Source: Acidobacteriota bacterium (GTDB taxonomy: Bacteria; Acidobacteriota; Thermoanaerobaculia; Gp7-AA8). From it: a stretch of DNA of 64,000 nt. Position numbers and translations under genes: made by a program. Positions 29,318 to 39,157 of this stretch are shown one piece after another; the stretch's first letter is position 1, and each line of letters starts with the position of its first letter. The notes beneath the pieces were generated by a model, which had not been told where the DNA came from, searched no databases, and worked only from the letters and a program-made list of their open reading frames with translations. Location of the stretch: NCBI GenBank assembly GCA_019244185.1, contig JAFATB010000009.1, positions 25,218-89,217 of the forward strand, written 5' to 3'.

Positions 29318-30979
29318 ATGACCACAACGACCATCGACGAAGCACCGTTCATCGAGCCGAGCACCACGGCCAAGCGGAACTACATCAACGACGAATACGG
29401 CGTGATGTCGTGGCTGCTCACGCGGGACCACAAGCGCATCGCCATCCTCTACATGATCAGCGTCACGGCGCTGTTCTTCGTCGGAGGCTTCTTCGCGTTC
29501 ATGATGCGCCTCGAGTTGCTCACGCCCGAGGGCGACCTGTTCACGTCCGACACCTACAACAAGTTCTTCACGCTGCACGGCATCGTGATGATCTTCTTCT
29601 TCCTGATTCCCGCGATCCCGGCGGTGCTCGGGAACTTCATCCTGCCGATCATGCTGGGCGCGAAAGACCTCGCATTCCCGAGGATCAACCTGCTCAGCTG
29701 GTACATCTACATGATCGGCGCGATCTTCGGGATCTACGTGATCGTCACCGGCGGCGTCGACACCGGCTGGACGTTCTACACGCCGTTCTCGACGCAGTAC
29801 TCGAACACGCACGTCTTCGCCACGACGATGGGCGCGTTCATCACCGGCTTCTCGTCGATCCTCACGGGCCTCAACTTCATCGTCACCGTGCACCGCATGC
29901 GCGCGCCGGGACTCACCTGGTTCCGCCTGCCGCTGTTCGTCTGGTCGATGTACGCGACGAGCGTGGTCATGCTGCTGGCGACGCCGGTGCTGGCCATCAC
30001 GCTCGCGCTGCTGATGATCGAGCGCGTGCTGAGCGTCGGCATCTTCGATCCCGCGCTCGGCGGCGATCCGCTGCTGTATCAGCACCTCTTCTGGTTCTAC
30101 TCGCACCCGGCCGTCTACATCATGATTCTGCCGGGCATGGCCGTGATCTCGGAGCTCGTGGCCGCGTTCACGCGCAAGAAGATCTTCGGCTACAAGTTCG
30201 TGGCGTTCTCCTCGCTCGCGATCGCCTTCCTCGGCTTCCTCGTGTGGGCGCACCACATGTTCGTGGCCGGCATCTCCGTCTACTCCGCGCTCGTCTTCTC
30301 GTTCCTGACGATGTTCGTCGCGGTGCCGTCAGCGATCAAAGTCTTCAACTGGACCGCCACGATGTACAAGGCCTCGGTGTCGTGGCAGACGCCGATGCTG
30401 TACGTCCTCGGCTTCATCGGCCTCTTCACCATCGGCGGCGTCACGGGACTCTTCCTCGCCGCGCTCGGCGTCGACGTGCACGTGCACGACAGCTACTTTG
30501 TCGTCGCGCACTTCCACTACATCATGGTCGGCGGCACGGTGATGGCCTACCTCGGCGGCATTCACTACTGGTGGCCGAAGATCACCGGGCGCATGTATCC
30601 CGAATGGTGGGCGCGCCTCTCCGCGCTGCTCGTCTTCGTCGGCTTCAACCTGACCTTCTTCCCGCAGTTCCTCGTCGGCTACGTCGGCATGCCGCGCCGC
30701 TATCACGCGTACGCGCCGGAGTTCCAGGTGCTGAACGTGCTCTCGACCGCGGGCGCGACGGTGCTCGCCGCCGGCTATCTGCTGCCGATGATCTACCTCG
30801 CCTGGTCGCTCAAGTTCGGCCGCCGCGCGGGCGTCAATCCGTGGGGCGCGGTCGGACTGGAATGGGCGACCTCGTCGCCGCCGCCGAAAGAGAACTTCCA
30901 CGAGACGCCGGTCGTCACGTGGGACGCGTACGACTATCCCGCGTTCCTCAAGGCGATGAAGGAAACGCAGAATGTCTGA
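29318..30979 (+). CDS. coxA: Heme-copper oxidase subunit I, type A2
   Basis: WFYSHPAVY (YS motif), VWAHHM, VAHFHY, MPRR. Confidence 0.96.
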   Translation: MTTTTIDEAPFIEPSTTAKRNYINDEYGVMSWLLTRDHKRIAILYMISVTALFFVGGFFAFMMRLELLTPEGDLFTSDTYNKFFTLHGIVMIFFFLIPAIPAVLGNFILPIMLGAKDLAFPRINLLSWYIYMIGAIFGIYVIVTGGVDTGWTFYTPFSTQYSNTHVFATTMGAFITGFSSILTGLNFIVTVHRMRAPGLTWFRLPLFVWSMYATSVVMLLATPVLAITLALLMIERVLSVGIFDPALGGDPLLYQHLFWFYSHPAVYIMILPGMAVISELVAAFTRKKIFGYKFVAFSSLAIAFLGFLVWAHHMFVAGISVYSALVFSFLTMFVAVPSAIKVFNWTATMYKASVSWQTPMLYVLGFIGLFTIGGVTGLFLAALGVDVHVHDSYFVVAHFHYIMVGGTVMAYLGGIHYWWPKITGRMYPEWWARLSALLVFVGFNLTFFPQFLVGYVGMPRRYHAYAPEFQVLNVLSTAGATVLAAGYLLPMIYLAWSLKFGRRAGVNPWGAVGLEWATSSPPPKENFHETPVVTWDAYDYPAFLKAMKETQNV

Positions 30980-31685
30980 CGTCACGCTCCATCACGGCGC
31001 CGAGCACGCGGCCGAGCCGCACGCGCACGCGCATCACCATCCGTTCCTCCAGCATCACTTCGAGGACCTCGGGCAGCAGCACGAGGCTTCGACGCTGGGC
31101 ATGTGGATGTTCCTCGCGACGGAGATCCTCTTCTTCGGCGGCTTCTTCCTCGCGTACACGGTCTATCGCAACATGTATCCCGAGGCGTGGGCCGCGGGCG
31201 CGCATCATCAGAACTGGATGGTCGGCACGATCAACACGATCGTGCTGATCGGCAGCTCGCTCTCGATGGCCCTCGCGGTGTACGGAGCGCAGACCGCGAA
31301 GCGGAAGTTCACCACGCTGATGCTCGTCCTCACGCTGCTCCTCGGCGGCGTGTTTCTCGGCGTGAAAGCGTACGAGTACAGCATTCACATCGAGGAAGGT
31401 CTCTTCCCCGGCTCTCACTTCACGTACGTGCATCACGCCGATCCGTCGCTCACGCGCGGCATCGAGCTGTTCATGGTCTTCTACTTCGGCATGACCGGCA
31501 TGCACGCGCTGCACATGGTCATCGGCTTCGGCCTGCTGCTGTACTTCATCCGCCGCGCGTGGCGGGGCGACTTCGGCGAGGAGTACTACAGCCCGATCGA
31601 GATCATGGGTCTGTACTGGCACTTCGTTGACATCGTCTGGATCTTCCTCTTCCCGCTGCTGTATCTGATCCACGGAGGAGCGTGA
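30972..31685 (+). CDS. coxC: Cytochrome c oxidase subunit III
   Basis: [25 protein letters not shown]. Confidence 0.94.
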   Translation: MSDVTLHHGAEHAAEPHAHAHHHPFLQHHFEDLGQQHEASTLGMWMFLATEILFFGGFFLAYTVYRNMYPEAWAAGAHHQNWMVGTINTIVLIGSSLSMALAVYGAQTAKRKFTTLMLVLTLLLGGVFLGVKAYEYSIHIEEGLFPGSHFTYVHHADPSLTRGIELFMVFYFGMTGMHALHMVIGFGLLLYFIRRAWRGDFGEEYYSPIEIMGLYWHFVDIVWIFLFPLLYLIHGGA

Positions 31686-32026
31686 TGGCGCAATCGCATC
31701 ACACAACCGATCACTCCGATCATGTCGGCCACGCGCCGGCGCATCACGAGGCGTCGCTGACGGCGTACTTCGTCGTCTTCTTCGCGCTGATGGTCTTCAC
31801 GGTGCTCACCGTCGCGGCGAGCCGCGTGAACCTCGGCGTCTGGAACACGCCGCTCGCGCTGGCGATCGCGGTCACGAAAGCGGTGATGGTCATCCTCTGG
31901 TTCATGCACGTGATCCATTCGCCGCGCATGACGTGGATCGTGATCATCAGCTCGTTCCTCTGGCTGGGCGTGATGTTCGTGCTGATCTTCTCGGACTACC
32001 TGACGCGCGCGTTCAACATCTTCTGA
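31685..32026 (+). CDS. Cytochrome c oxidase subunit IV
   Basis: Three TMs, AVTKAVMVILWFMH. Confidence 0.85.
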   Translation: MAQSHHTTDHSDHVGHAPAHHEASLTAYFVVFFALMVFTVLTVAASRVNLGVWNTPLALAIAVTKAVMVILWFMHVIHSPRMTWIVIISSFLWLGVMFVLIFSDYLTRAFNIF

Positions 32027-32029
32027 GCC

Positions 32030-33391
32030 TCACAGCGGCGCGATCGTTTTCGCGGCGAGCTTCTCGAAACGCACCAGCAGCAGCACCGCGACGACGCTGA
32101 GACCCGCGCAGAGTCCCCACCACAGTCCGACGACGCCGAGGCCGGCGTGGAAGCCGAGCCAGAGCGCGACCGGCAGGCCGATGAGCCAGTGGCCGAGGAG
32201 ATTCGCGTACATCGGAAAGCGCGTGTCGCCCGCGCCGCGCAGCGCGCCTGCGCCGATGGCCTGCAATCCGTCGGAGAGCTGGAACACGGCGGCGACCATG
32301 AAGAGCGGGATCGACGCGAGGATGATCGTCTCCTGATCGGTGACGAGCCGCGCCACGCGCGTCGGCGCGAGCGCGAACGTCAGCGCGGCGAGCGTCATGA
32401 TGCCGGCGCCGGCGAGAAATGCCACGCGTCCCGCGGTGCGCGTCGCGAGCGGATCGCGCGCGCCGATGCCGATGCTCACGCGCACGGTGCCCGCCGCCGC
32501 GACGCCGAGCGCAATCGTGTACGTGAAGGACGCCACGCTGAGCACGAGCTGATGCGCGGCGAGCGGTGCCGTGCCGAGCCGCGCCGCGAGCACGCCGACC
32601 AGCGCGAAGATGCCGATCTCCGCGCCGAGCTGCAAGCCGATCGGCATGCCGACGCGGAACGCTTTCGCGAGATCTTCGCGGCGCGGGCGGCGGTCGACGC
32701 GCTCGCGCGATCCGACGCGGCGCGCGGCCGCGGCGAGCATCGCCAGCTGTAGGAAGTTGCAGAACACCGTCGACAGCGCCGCGCCGGGCACGCCCATCGC
32801 CGGAATGCGCCGCAACGGTCCGCACCACGCCGGCAGTCCGCCGCCGCCGAAGATCAGCAGAATGTCGCCGCCGAAATTCACCACGTTCGCCGCGAGCATG
32901 GTCGTCAGCATCGGCCGCGTCACGCCGTGTGCCTGCAGGTACGCGCGGATGACGAGGTAGACGAGGAACGGCAGCACGCTGATCATGCGGATGAGCAGGA
33001 AGCTGCGCGACGGCGCGACGAGCTCCGCCTGCACGCCCGCATACGGCAGCGCGATCGCGACCGACGTCATCACGATCATCAGCGCGATCGAGACGAGCAT
33101 CGCCAGCCAGACGCCCTGCCACAGCATCCGCCGCGCACGCGCGGGATCGCCCGCGCCGATCGCCTGCGCGATGAGCGGATCGACGCCGAACACCGTGCCC
33201 ATGCCGATGATCGCCGCGGAGAAGAAGAGCGTGTTGCCGAGTCCCGCCGACGCGAGCTCGCGCGCGCCGACGCGGCCGAGGACCGCGACGTCGACGAGAC
33301 CCATGAGCTGCGTGCCTGCCTGCGCCGCGGCAATCGGCGGCGCCAGGCGCAGCAGCTCGCGCCATTCGCGCTTCGTGACGGAAACGGGCAT
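32030..33391 (-). CDS. MATE efflux transporter
   Basis: LLRLAPP, VDVAVLGRVG, FQLSDGLQ...GALRGAGDT. Confidence 0.93.
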   Translation of the reverse strand: MPVSVTKREWRELLRLAPPIAAAQAGTQLMGLVDVAVLGRVGARELASAGLGNTLFFSAAIIGMGTVFGVDPLIAQAIGAGDPARARRMLWQGVWLAMLVSIALMIVMTSVAIALPYAGVQAELVAPSRSFLLIRMISVLPFLVYLVIRAYLQAHGVTRPMLTTMLAANVVNFGGDILLIFGGGGLPAWCGPLRRIPAMGVPGAALSTVFCNFLQLAMLAAAARRVGSRERVDRRPRREDLAKAFRVGMPIGLQLGAEIGIFALVGVLAARLGTAPLAAHQLVLSVASFTYTIALGVAAAGTVRVSIGIGARDPLATRTAGRVAFLAGAGIMTLAALTFALAPTRVARLVTDQETIILASIPLFMVAAVFQLSDGLQAIGAGALRGAGDTRFPMYANLLGHWLIGLPVALWLGFHAGLGVVGLWWGLCAGLSVVAVLLLVRFEKLAAKTIAPL

Positions 33392-33447
33392 GAAGCGCCG
33401 GATTTTAGTAGGATTCGCGCCCTGAACCTCGTCTGAAGGACTTCTCC

Positions 33448-34476
33448 ATGCGTTATCTCGTCACCGGCGGCGCCGGTTTCATCGGCTCGAACTTCATCCG
33501 CTTCCTCTTCAACAAGTACGGCGACGATGCCCAGGTCGTGAACCTCGACAAGCTCACGTACGCCGGCATCCGCGAGAACCTCGCCGAATACGAAGGGAAG
33601 CCGAACTATCGTTTTCTCGAGGGCGACATCGCCAATCCGGCCGATGTGACCGAGGCGTACCGCGGCGTCGACGGCAACGGCACCGACGTCGTCGTCAACT
33701 TCGCCGCGGAGACGCACGTCGACCGCTCGCTGATGGAGGCCGGCACGTTCATCCAGACCGACGTGCACGGCGTCCTCGTGCTGCTCGAGGAAGCGCGCCG
33801 TCACGCGCCGAAGCTGCGCCGCTTCGTGCAGATCTCCACCGACGAGGTCTACGGCTCGATCGACGACGGCTCGTTCAGCGAAGGCGATCCGCTCAATCCG
33901 CGCAACCCGTACTCCGCGTCGAAAGCCGGCGGCGACCGCATGGCTTATGCGTACGGACAGACGTATGGCTTGCCGGTGATCGTGACGCGCGCCTCGAATA
34001 ATTTCGGGCCTTATCAGTATCCGGAGAAACTGATTCCCCTCTTCGTCACGAACGCGATGGACGACCTGCCGCTGCCGCTCTACGGCGACGGAAAAAATGT
34101 CCGCGACTGGCTCTTCGTCGACGACCACTGCGCCGCGATCGACTTCCTCATCGAGTACGGCACGAACTCCGAGACGTACAACATCGGCGGCGGCAACGAG
34201 CGCGAGAACCGCGAGATCACGTACCGCATCCTCGAACTGCTGAAGAAGCCGGAGTCGCTCATCAAGCCGGTCGGCGACCGCCAGGGCCACGACCGCCGCT
34301 ACTCCCTCGACACGCGCAAGCTCGAGCGCCTCGGATTCAAATGCGACACCGACTTCGACGCCGCCCTCGAGCGCACCGTGCGCTGGTACGTCGAGAACGA
34401 GCCGTGGTGGCGCGCCATCAAGGAGCGCAGCGCCGAGTTCCGCGCGTACTACGAGAAGCAGTACGCGAACCGGTAG
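33448..34476 (+). CDS. rfbB: dTDP-glucose 4,6-dehydratase
   Basis: VTGGAGFIGS, DKLTYAG, AAETHVDRS, ISTDEVYG, YSASK, GHDRRY. Confidence 0.95.
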   Translation: MRYLVTGGAGFIGSNFIRFLFNKYGDDAQVVNLDKLTYAGIRENLAEYEGKPNYRFLEGDIANPADVTEAYRGVDGNGTDVVVNFAAETHVDRSLMEAGTFIQTDVHGVLVLLEEARRHAPKLRRFVQISTDEVYGSIDDGSFSEGDPLNPRNPYSASKAGGDRMAYAYGQTYGLPVIVTRASNNFGPYQYPEKLIPLFVTNAMDDLPLPLYGDGKNVRDWLFVDDHCAAIDFLIEYGTNSETYNIGGGNERENREITYRILELLKKPESLIKPVGDRQGHDRRYSLDTRKLERLGFKCDTDFDAALERTVRWYVENEPWWRAIKERSAEFRAYYEKQYANR

Positions 34477-34524
34477 GTGGCGCGAACCAGCAGGTGACGC
34501 GTCCGCGGTGCGCGGCCGCAGCGT

Positions 34525-34926
34525 CTAGCTCCCCGTGCATGCCCGGATGTCGTCCATCAGCCGGGCCATGTCGAACGGCTTCGCGTGGATCTTGTAGACC
34601 GGCACGTCGAAGCGGCGGAGGATCTCGCTCTCGGGGACGGCGGACGCGATGATCGTGCACTTCAGCATGTCCGGATGGTGCGCGCTGAGGTGGCGCAGCA
34701 CGCCGAAACCGTCGACGCGCGGCATCATCAGGTCGAGCACGATGACGGAGTAGTCGTTGTGCGCGTCGATCTGTTGAATCGCCTCTTCGCCGTCGCGCGC
34801 CGTATCGACGTCGAGGTCCTGCCGGGAAACGACTTTGGACAGCATGGCGCGGATCGGGTCGTCGTCGTCGACGACCAGCGCGCGTTTTCTCTCGACCACG
34901 GATCCCGCAGCATTCAAAAAACGCAC
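34525..34926 (-). CDS. Single-domain response regulator
   Basis: LVVDDD, LDLMMP, KPF. Confidence 0.88.
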   Translation of the reverse strand: MRFLNAAGSVVERKRALVVDDDDPIRAMLSKVVSRQDLDVDTARDGEEAIQQIDAHNDYSVIVLDLMMPRVDGFGVLRHLSAHHPDMLKCTIIASAVPESEILRRFDVPVYKIHAKPFDMARLMDDIRACTGS

Positions 34927-35196
34927 CTAGGCCAGCGCGGAGATCAGCGCCACCGGCACGAGCACGATGGCCGCGAGGACGATCAGCGGCACGACGACGG
35001 CCACGATGAGACTCACGACGGCGATGCCGGCGACGAGCAGGAACGCCATCTTGACGATGAACAGCACGGCGAAGAGCGGCAGCAGCAGGAGCTTGAGCGG
35101 CAGCAGCGCGAGCTTGATCGTGAACTTCAGCAGCGCCGCGCCGAGCGCGAGGACCACCACGCCGGCGACGAAGACGAAGACGAGAAAAGCGAACAT
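34927..35196 (-). CDS. Small hydrophobic membrane protein
   Basis: GGAGG SD upstream; 89 aa, almost entirely hydrophobic. Confidence 0.7.
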   Translation of the reverse strand: MFAFLVFVFVAGVVVLALGAALLKFTIKLALLPLKLLLLPLFAVLFIVKMAFLLVAGIAVVSLIVAVVVPLIVLAAIVLVPVALISALA

Positions 35197-35253
35197 GGTC
35201 GTTCCTCCCGCTTCGTTACTACGGCGCGCGGCCTCGCGAGTTTCCGCCGATGA

Positions 35254-36336
35254 TCAGCCGGCGTACGCCGCCGCAGCACCGTGGCGCTCGCCGACGTACA
35301 CCGACTGCGGCCGGATGATCCGCCCGACGCGCCGCTGCTCGAATGCGTGCGCGAGCCAGCCCACCACGCGCGCGACGGCGAACGTCGGCGTGAAGAGCGG
35401 CACCTCGAGCCCGAGGCCGTGCAGCAGGAGCGCGGTGTAGAACTCGACGTTCGTCTGCAGCTTGCGTCCCGGCTTGTGCTCCTCGAGCAGCCGCAGCGCC
35501 GTCGCCTCGACGTCGCGCGCGAGGTTGTAGAGGCTCATGTCGCCCGCGCGCGTGAACATCCGCTCCGCCGCCGCCGCGAGCACGTCCGCGCGCGGGTCGC
35601 GCACTTTGTACACGCGATGCCCGAAGCCCATCAGCCGTTCGCCCGCCGCGATCTTCGCGCGCAGCACGCCTTCCGCGCGCGAGGCCTCGCCGATCTCGAA
35701 GACCATGTCGAGCGCCGGCCCCGGCGCGCCGCCGTGCAGCGGACCTTTGAGCGCGCCGACGGCGCCCACGATCGCGGAGACGAAATCGGATCCCGTCGAC
35801 GCGACGACGCGCGCGGTGAACGTCGACGCGTTGAGCCCGTGATCGACGACGGTATTGAGATACGTTTCGAGCCCGCGTACGAGCTCCGCGTGCGGCTCGC
35901 GTCCCGTGAGCAGGTAGAGGTAGTTCGCCGCGATGCCGAGCTCCGCGCGCGGCGCGAGCGGTTCTACGCCATGAAGAAGACGCCAGTACGCGGCGACGAT
36001 GACGGGGAAGCTGCCCGCGAGCATCCGCGCCGCGTCCGCGTCGTCTTCCGCGCTCAACGTGCCCGCGGCCATCCGCAGCGCGTCCATCACCGGCACGCGC
36101 TTCGGTGCGACGTCGCGCAACAGCTGCAGCGTGTGCGGCGGAAGCGCGCAAACAGCCGGTTTTCCCTCGAAACCAGCCAGTCCCCACAGCAGCGACGCGA
36201 CGTCTTCGAAACCCCAAGACGCCAGCTCTTCGACCGCGTATCCGCCGATCACGAGCTCGCCCCGCTCGCCGTCGACCATGCTCAGCCGCGTCTCCGCGGC
36301 GACGATTCCTTCCAGTCCGTTGTGCACTTCGTTCAT
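35254..36336 (-). CDS. Citrate synthase family protein (B. subtilis CitA-like, NVEFY)
   Basis: GLEGIV, DHGLNASTF, GPLHGGA, GFGHRVY, TNVEFY. Confidence 0.9.
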   Translation of the reverse strand: MNEVHNGLEGIVAAETRLSMVDGERGELVIGGYAVEELASWGFEDVASLLWGLAGFEGKPAVCALPPHTLQLLRDVAPKRVPVMDALRMAAGTLSAEDDADAARMLAGSFPVIVAAYWRLLHGVEPLAPRAELGIAANYLYLLTGREPHAELVRGLETYLNTVVDHGLNASTFTARVVASTGSDFVSAIVGAVGALKGPLHGGAPGPALDMVFEIGEASRAEGVLRAKIAAGERLMGFGHRVYKVRDPRADVLAAAAERMFTRAGDMSLYNLARDVEATALRLLEEHKPGRKLQTNVEFYTALLLHGLGLEVPLFTPTFAVARVVGWLAHAFEQRRVGRIIRPQSVYVGERHGAAAAYAG

Positions 36337-36342
36337 GCACCG

Positions 36343-36389
36343 AAACTAGGTTTGGTTCCGTGGGATGTCAACATTGATTGTACAATCAA
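36343..36389. promoter_or_regulatory. Divergent promoters plus perfect 16-bp palindrome TTGATTGTACAATCAA
   Basis: Minus strand: TTGACA (36371-36366)-N17-TAGTTT (36348-36343)-N6-ATG. Plus strand: TACAAT at 36381-36386, 6 nt before ATG. Palindrome at 36374-36389. Confidence 0.8.
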
Positions 36390-36392
36390 CCA

Positions 36393-37574
36393 ATGGCTCG
36401 CAGGCCACAATGGATTGACGCACGCGAGGCGACCCGTCTCCTCGGCGTGAGCCGCGCGACGTTGTACGCGTACGTCAGCCGCGGCTACCTGCGCTCGGAG
36501 CCGGTGCCCGGCAAGACGCGCGAGCGCCGCTACGCGCGCGAGGATGTCGAACGCCTGCGCAGCCGCGCCGAGGAGCGGCGCAATCCGGAGAAAGCAGCGG
36601 AACATGCGCTGCGCTGGGGCGTGCCGGTGCTCGAGTCGTCGATCACGCTGATCGCCGACGGGCAGCTCTACTACCGCGGCCACGACGTCGTGGAGCTCGT
36701 GCATACGCGATCGCTCGAAGAAGTCGCGGCCCTCGTCTGGACCGGCTCGTTCGAAGCGGACATCTTCGATACGCCGCTCCACGTCGTCGGTGGCGGCGCC
36801 GCGCACGATCTGCCCTTCATCAGCCGTGCACAATCCGTCCTCCCGATCGTCGCCGCGCGCGATCCGCTCTCGTTCGACCTCCGTCCGAAAGCGGTCGCGC
36901 AGAGCGGCTGGCGCATTCTCAATCTGCTCACCAGCGTCGCCGCTGAATCGCAAACGCTGGAGGCGACGATCGAGGAGACGCTCGCACGCCGCTGGGCGCC
37001 GAAACAGAAACGCGCCGCGGACCTCATCCGCGCGGCGCTGATCGTCTGCGCCGATCACGAGCTCAACGTCTCCGCCTTCACCGCGCGCTGCGTCGCCTCC
37101 GCCGGCTCGAATCCGTACTCGGTCGTCGTCGCCGGCCTCGCCGCACTCGAAGGCACGAAACACGGCGGCGCCACCGCACGCGTGGAAGCACTCTTCGACG
37201 AGCTCCGCCGCGCCCGCGATCTCCGCCGCGCTCTCGCCGAACGCCTCCGCCGCGGCGATCCCATCGAGGGCTTCGGCCACCCGCTCTATCCCGAAGGCGA
37301 TCCACGCGCACGCCTGCTGTTCGATCTCCTCCCGAAGTCGAAGGAGCTGACCTTCGCCCGCTCTCTCGCCAACGCCGCGAGCACGGTCCTCGGCGAAGAA
37401 CCCACCGTCGATTTCGCCCTCGTCGCCTTCGCCCGTGCGTTGGGACTCCCGCACGGCTCCGCCCTCACCCTCTTCGCCATCGGCCGCACGATCGGCTGGA
37501 TCGCCCACGCCATCGAGCAATACGAGCAAAACGTGATGATTCGGCCACGTGCTCGGTACGTGGGGCCGCGGTGA
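36393..37574 (+). CDS. Excisionase/MerR-like HTH fused to a citrate-synthase fold
   Basis: N-terminal WIDAREATRLLGVSRATLYAYVSRG; DHELNVSAF, KHGGA, GFGHPLY, TVDFAL. Confidence 0.88.
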   Translation: MARRPQWIDAREATRLLGVSRATLYAYVSRGYLRSEPVPGKTRERRYAREDVERLRSRAEERRNPEKAAEHALRWGVPVLESSITLIADGQLYYRGHDVVELVHTRSLEEVAALVWTGSFEADIFDTPLHVVGGGAAHDLPFISRAQSVLPIVAARDPLSFDLRPKAVAQSGWRILNLLTSVAAESQTLEATIEETLARRWAPKQKRAADLIRAALIVCADHELNVSAFTARCVASAGSNPYSVVVAGLAALEGTKHGGATARVEALFDELRRARDLRRALAERLRRGDPIEGFGHPLYPEGDPRARLLFDLLPKSKELTFARSLANAASTVLGEEPTVDFALVAFARALGLPHGSALTLFAIGRTIGWIAHAIEQYEQNVMIRPRARYVGPR

Positions 37575-37770
37575 GGGATGACGATGGGGACGACGAAGGG
37601 CCTCCGGCGGGCCGGCGCGGCCGGCACCGCTAAGGGCTTAGCCGAGACGCACGTGCGGCTGCAGTCAACGACGTTAACCGCGACCGCACGTGCGTCTCGG
37701 CTAGGCCCTTAGCGCCGCCGGCCTCGCCGGCCCGCCGGAGGCCTCTCGTCGTCCCCGTCGTCATCCCCTC
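37573..37770. repeat. About 198-bp imperfect palindrome between convergent genes
   Basis: Arms of about 97 bp (gagggatgacga...gtcaacg / cgttaac...tcgtcatcccctc), 1-nt centre. Confidence 0.92.
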
Positions 37771-39136
37771 AGAGCCGCGACACGTTGTCGAAGTACTTGA
37801 CGAACGACACGATGCCGCCGCTGGCTTGGGGCCAGTCGTAGTTCTCGTTCGGGGCGTGGTAGCCGTGTTCGGGGAGCGAGAGGCCGAGGAACATCACCGG
37901 CGTCTTGAGCACCTTCTCCATCGAGATCACGGCGCCGATCGAGCCGCCTTCGCGGACGAAGACCGGCTCGCGGCCGAACGCGAACTTCATCGCGTCGCGG
38001 ACCGCGTCGGCGAGAGGACCACTGGTCGGCGCCTTGTAGGGCCACATCGAATTCTCGACTTCGATTTTGACGTCGGGATTGCGTTCTTTCACGAACGCGC
38101 GGACCAGCTTCTCGATCTTGCGCGGGTCCTGATTCGCGACCAGGCGGCAGGAGATCTTCACCTCGGCGCGCGGCGGGATGATCGTCTTGATGCCGGGGCC
38201 GGTGTAGCCGCCGACGAGGCCGTGAACCTCGAAGGTCGGCAGCGCCCAGATGCGTTTCATCACGTCGACGGGGTCGTCGCTGCGGATCGACTTGAAGAGG
38301 TGATCCTTCTTGAACTGCTTGATCGTGAAGCCGGACGCCTTGAAGTCTTCGATCTCGCGGCGGCTCGGCGGGACGACGTCGTCGTAGAAGCCTTTGAGCT
38401 TCACCTTCCCGGAGCGCGCGTCGAACATCTCGGAGACGAGCTGCATCAGCTCCGCGAGCGGATTGCGCGCGGCGCCGCCGGTGACCCCCGAGTGCTGATC
38501 GGTCGTGCCGGTTTCGAGCGTCAGCGAAAAGCCCTGCAGGCCGCGGAGGCCGGCCGGGCAGGCGGGGCGTTGGCGGGAGACCCAGATCGTGTCGGAGACG
38601 AGGATGTGATCCGTGGCCAGCGTCTTCGCGTGCGTCTTGATGCCGCTCTCGAAGTTCGGCGAGCCGATTTCCTCTTCGAGCTCCCACAGCACGCGGAGGT
38701 TCAGCTTCACGCCGGCCTCGCGCGCGGCGCGGATGCCGTAGAGCGCGCTGAGCGCGGGACCTTTGTCGTCGGTGGTGCCGCGGCCGAAGTAGCGGTCGCC
38801 TTCCTTCGTGAAGACGAACGGCTCCGTGTTCCACGGCTCGGTCTCGCGCGACGCGGGCTGCACGTCCATGTGGTTGTACATCGTCAGCGTCGGCGCTTTC
38901 GGATCGACGTCGAAGCGGCCATGGATGAATGGATATCCATCCGTCTCGAGAATGGCCGGCTCGCCGCCGGCGTCGCGGATCAGCTGCGCGGCCGCCTCGG
39001 CGCAGCGGCGGACGTCGCCGGCACGTGCGGGCTCGGCGGAAACGGACGGGATCTCGACGAGCGTGCGGAGGTCTGCTTCGAAACGCGTGCGCTCGTTCGC
39101 GGCCCATGCCGCGAGCGATTTCTTGTCGATCTTCAT
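37769..39136 (-). CDS. M20/M25/M40 metallopeptidase (dipeptidase-like)
   Basis: YNHMDVQP, GRGTTDDKG, EEEIGS, REGGSI, HAPNE. Confidence 0.92.
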   Translation of the reverse strand: MKIDKKSLAAWAANERTRFEADLRTLVEIPSVSAEPARAGDVRRCAEAAAQLIRDAGGEPAILETDGYPFIHGRFDVDPKAPTLTMYNHMDVQPASRETEPWNTEPFVFTKEGDRYFGRGTTDDKGPALSALYGIRAAREAGVKLNLRVLWELEEEIGSPNFESGIKTHAKTLATDHILVSDTIWVSRQRPACPAGLRGLQGFSLTLETGTTDQHSGVTGGAARNPLAELMQLVSEMFDARSGKVKLKGFYDDVVPPSRREIEDFKASGFTIKQFKKDHLFKSIRSDDPVDVMKRIWALPTFEVHGLVGGYTGPGIKTIIPPRAEVKISCRLVANQDPRKIEKLVRAFVKERNPDVKIEVENSMWPYKAPTSGPLADAVRDAMKFAFGREPVFVREGGSIGAVISMEKVLKTPVMFLGLSLPEHGYHAPNENYDWPQASGGIVSFVKYFDNVSRL

Positions 39137-39157
39137 GGCGGCGAATCGTATCGCACG

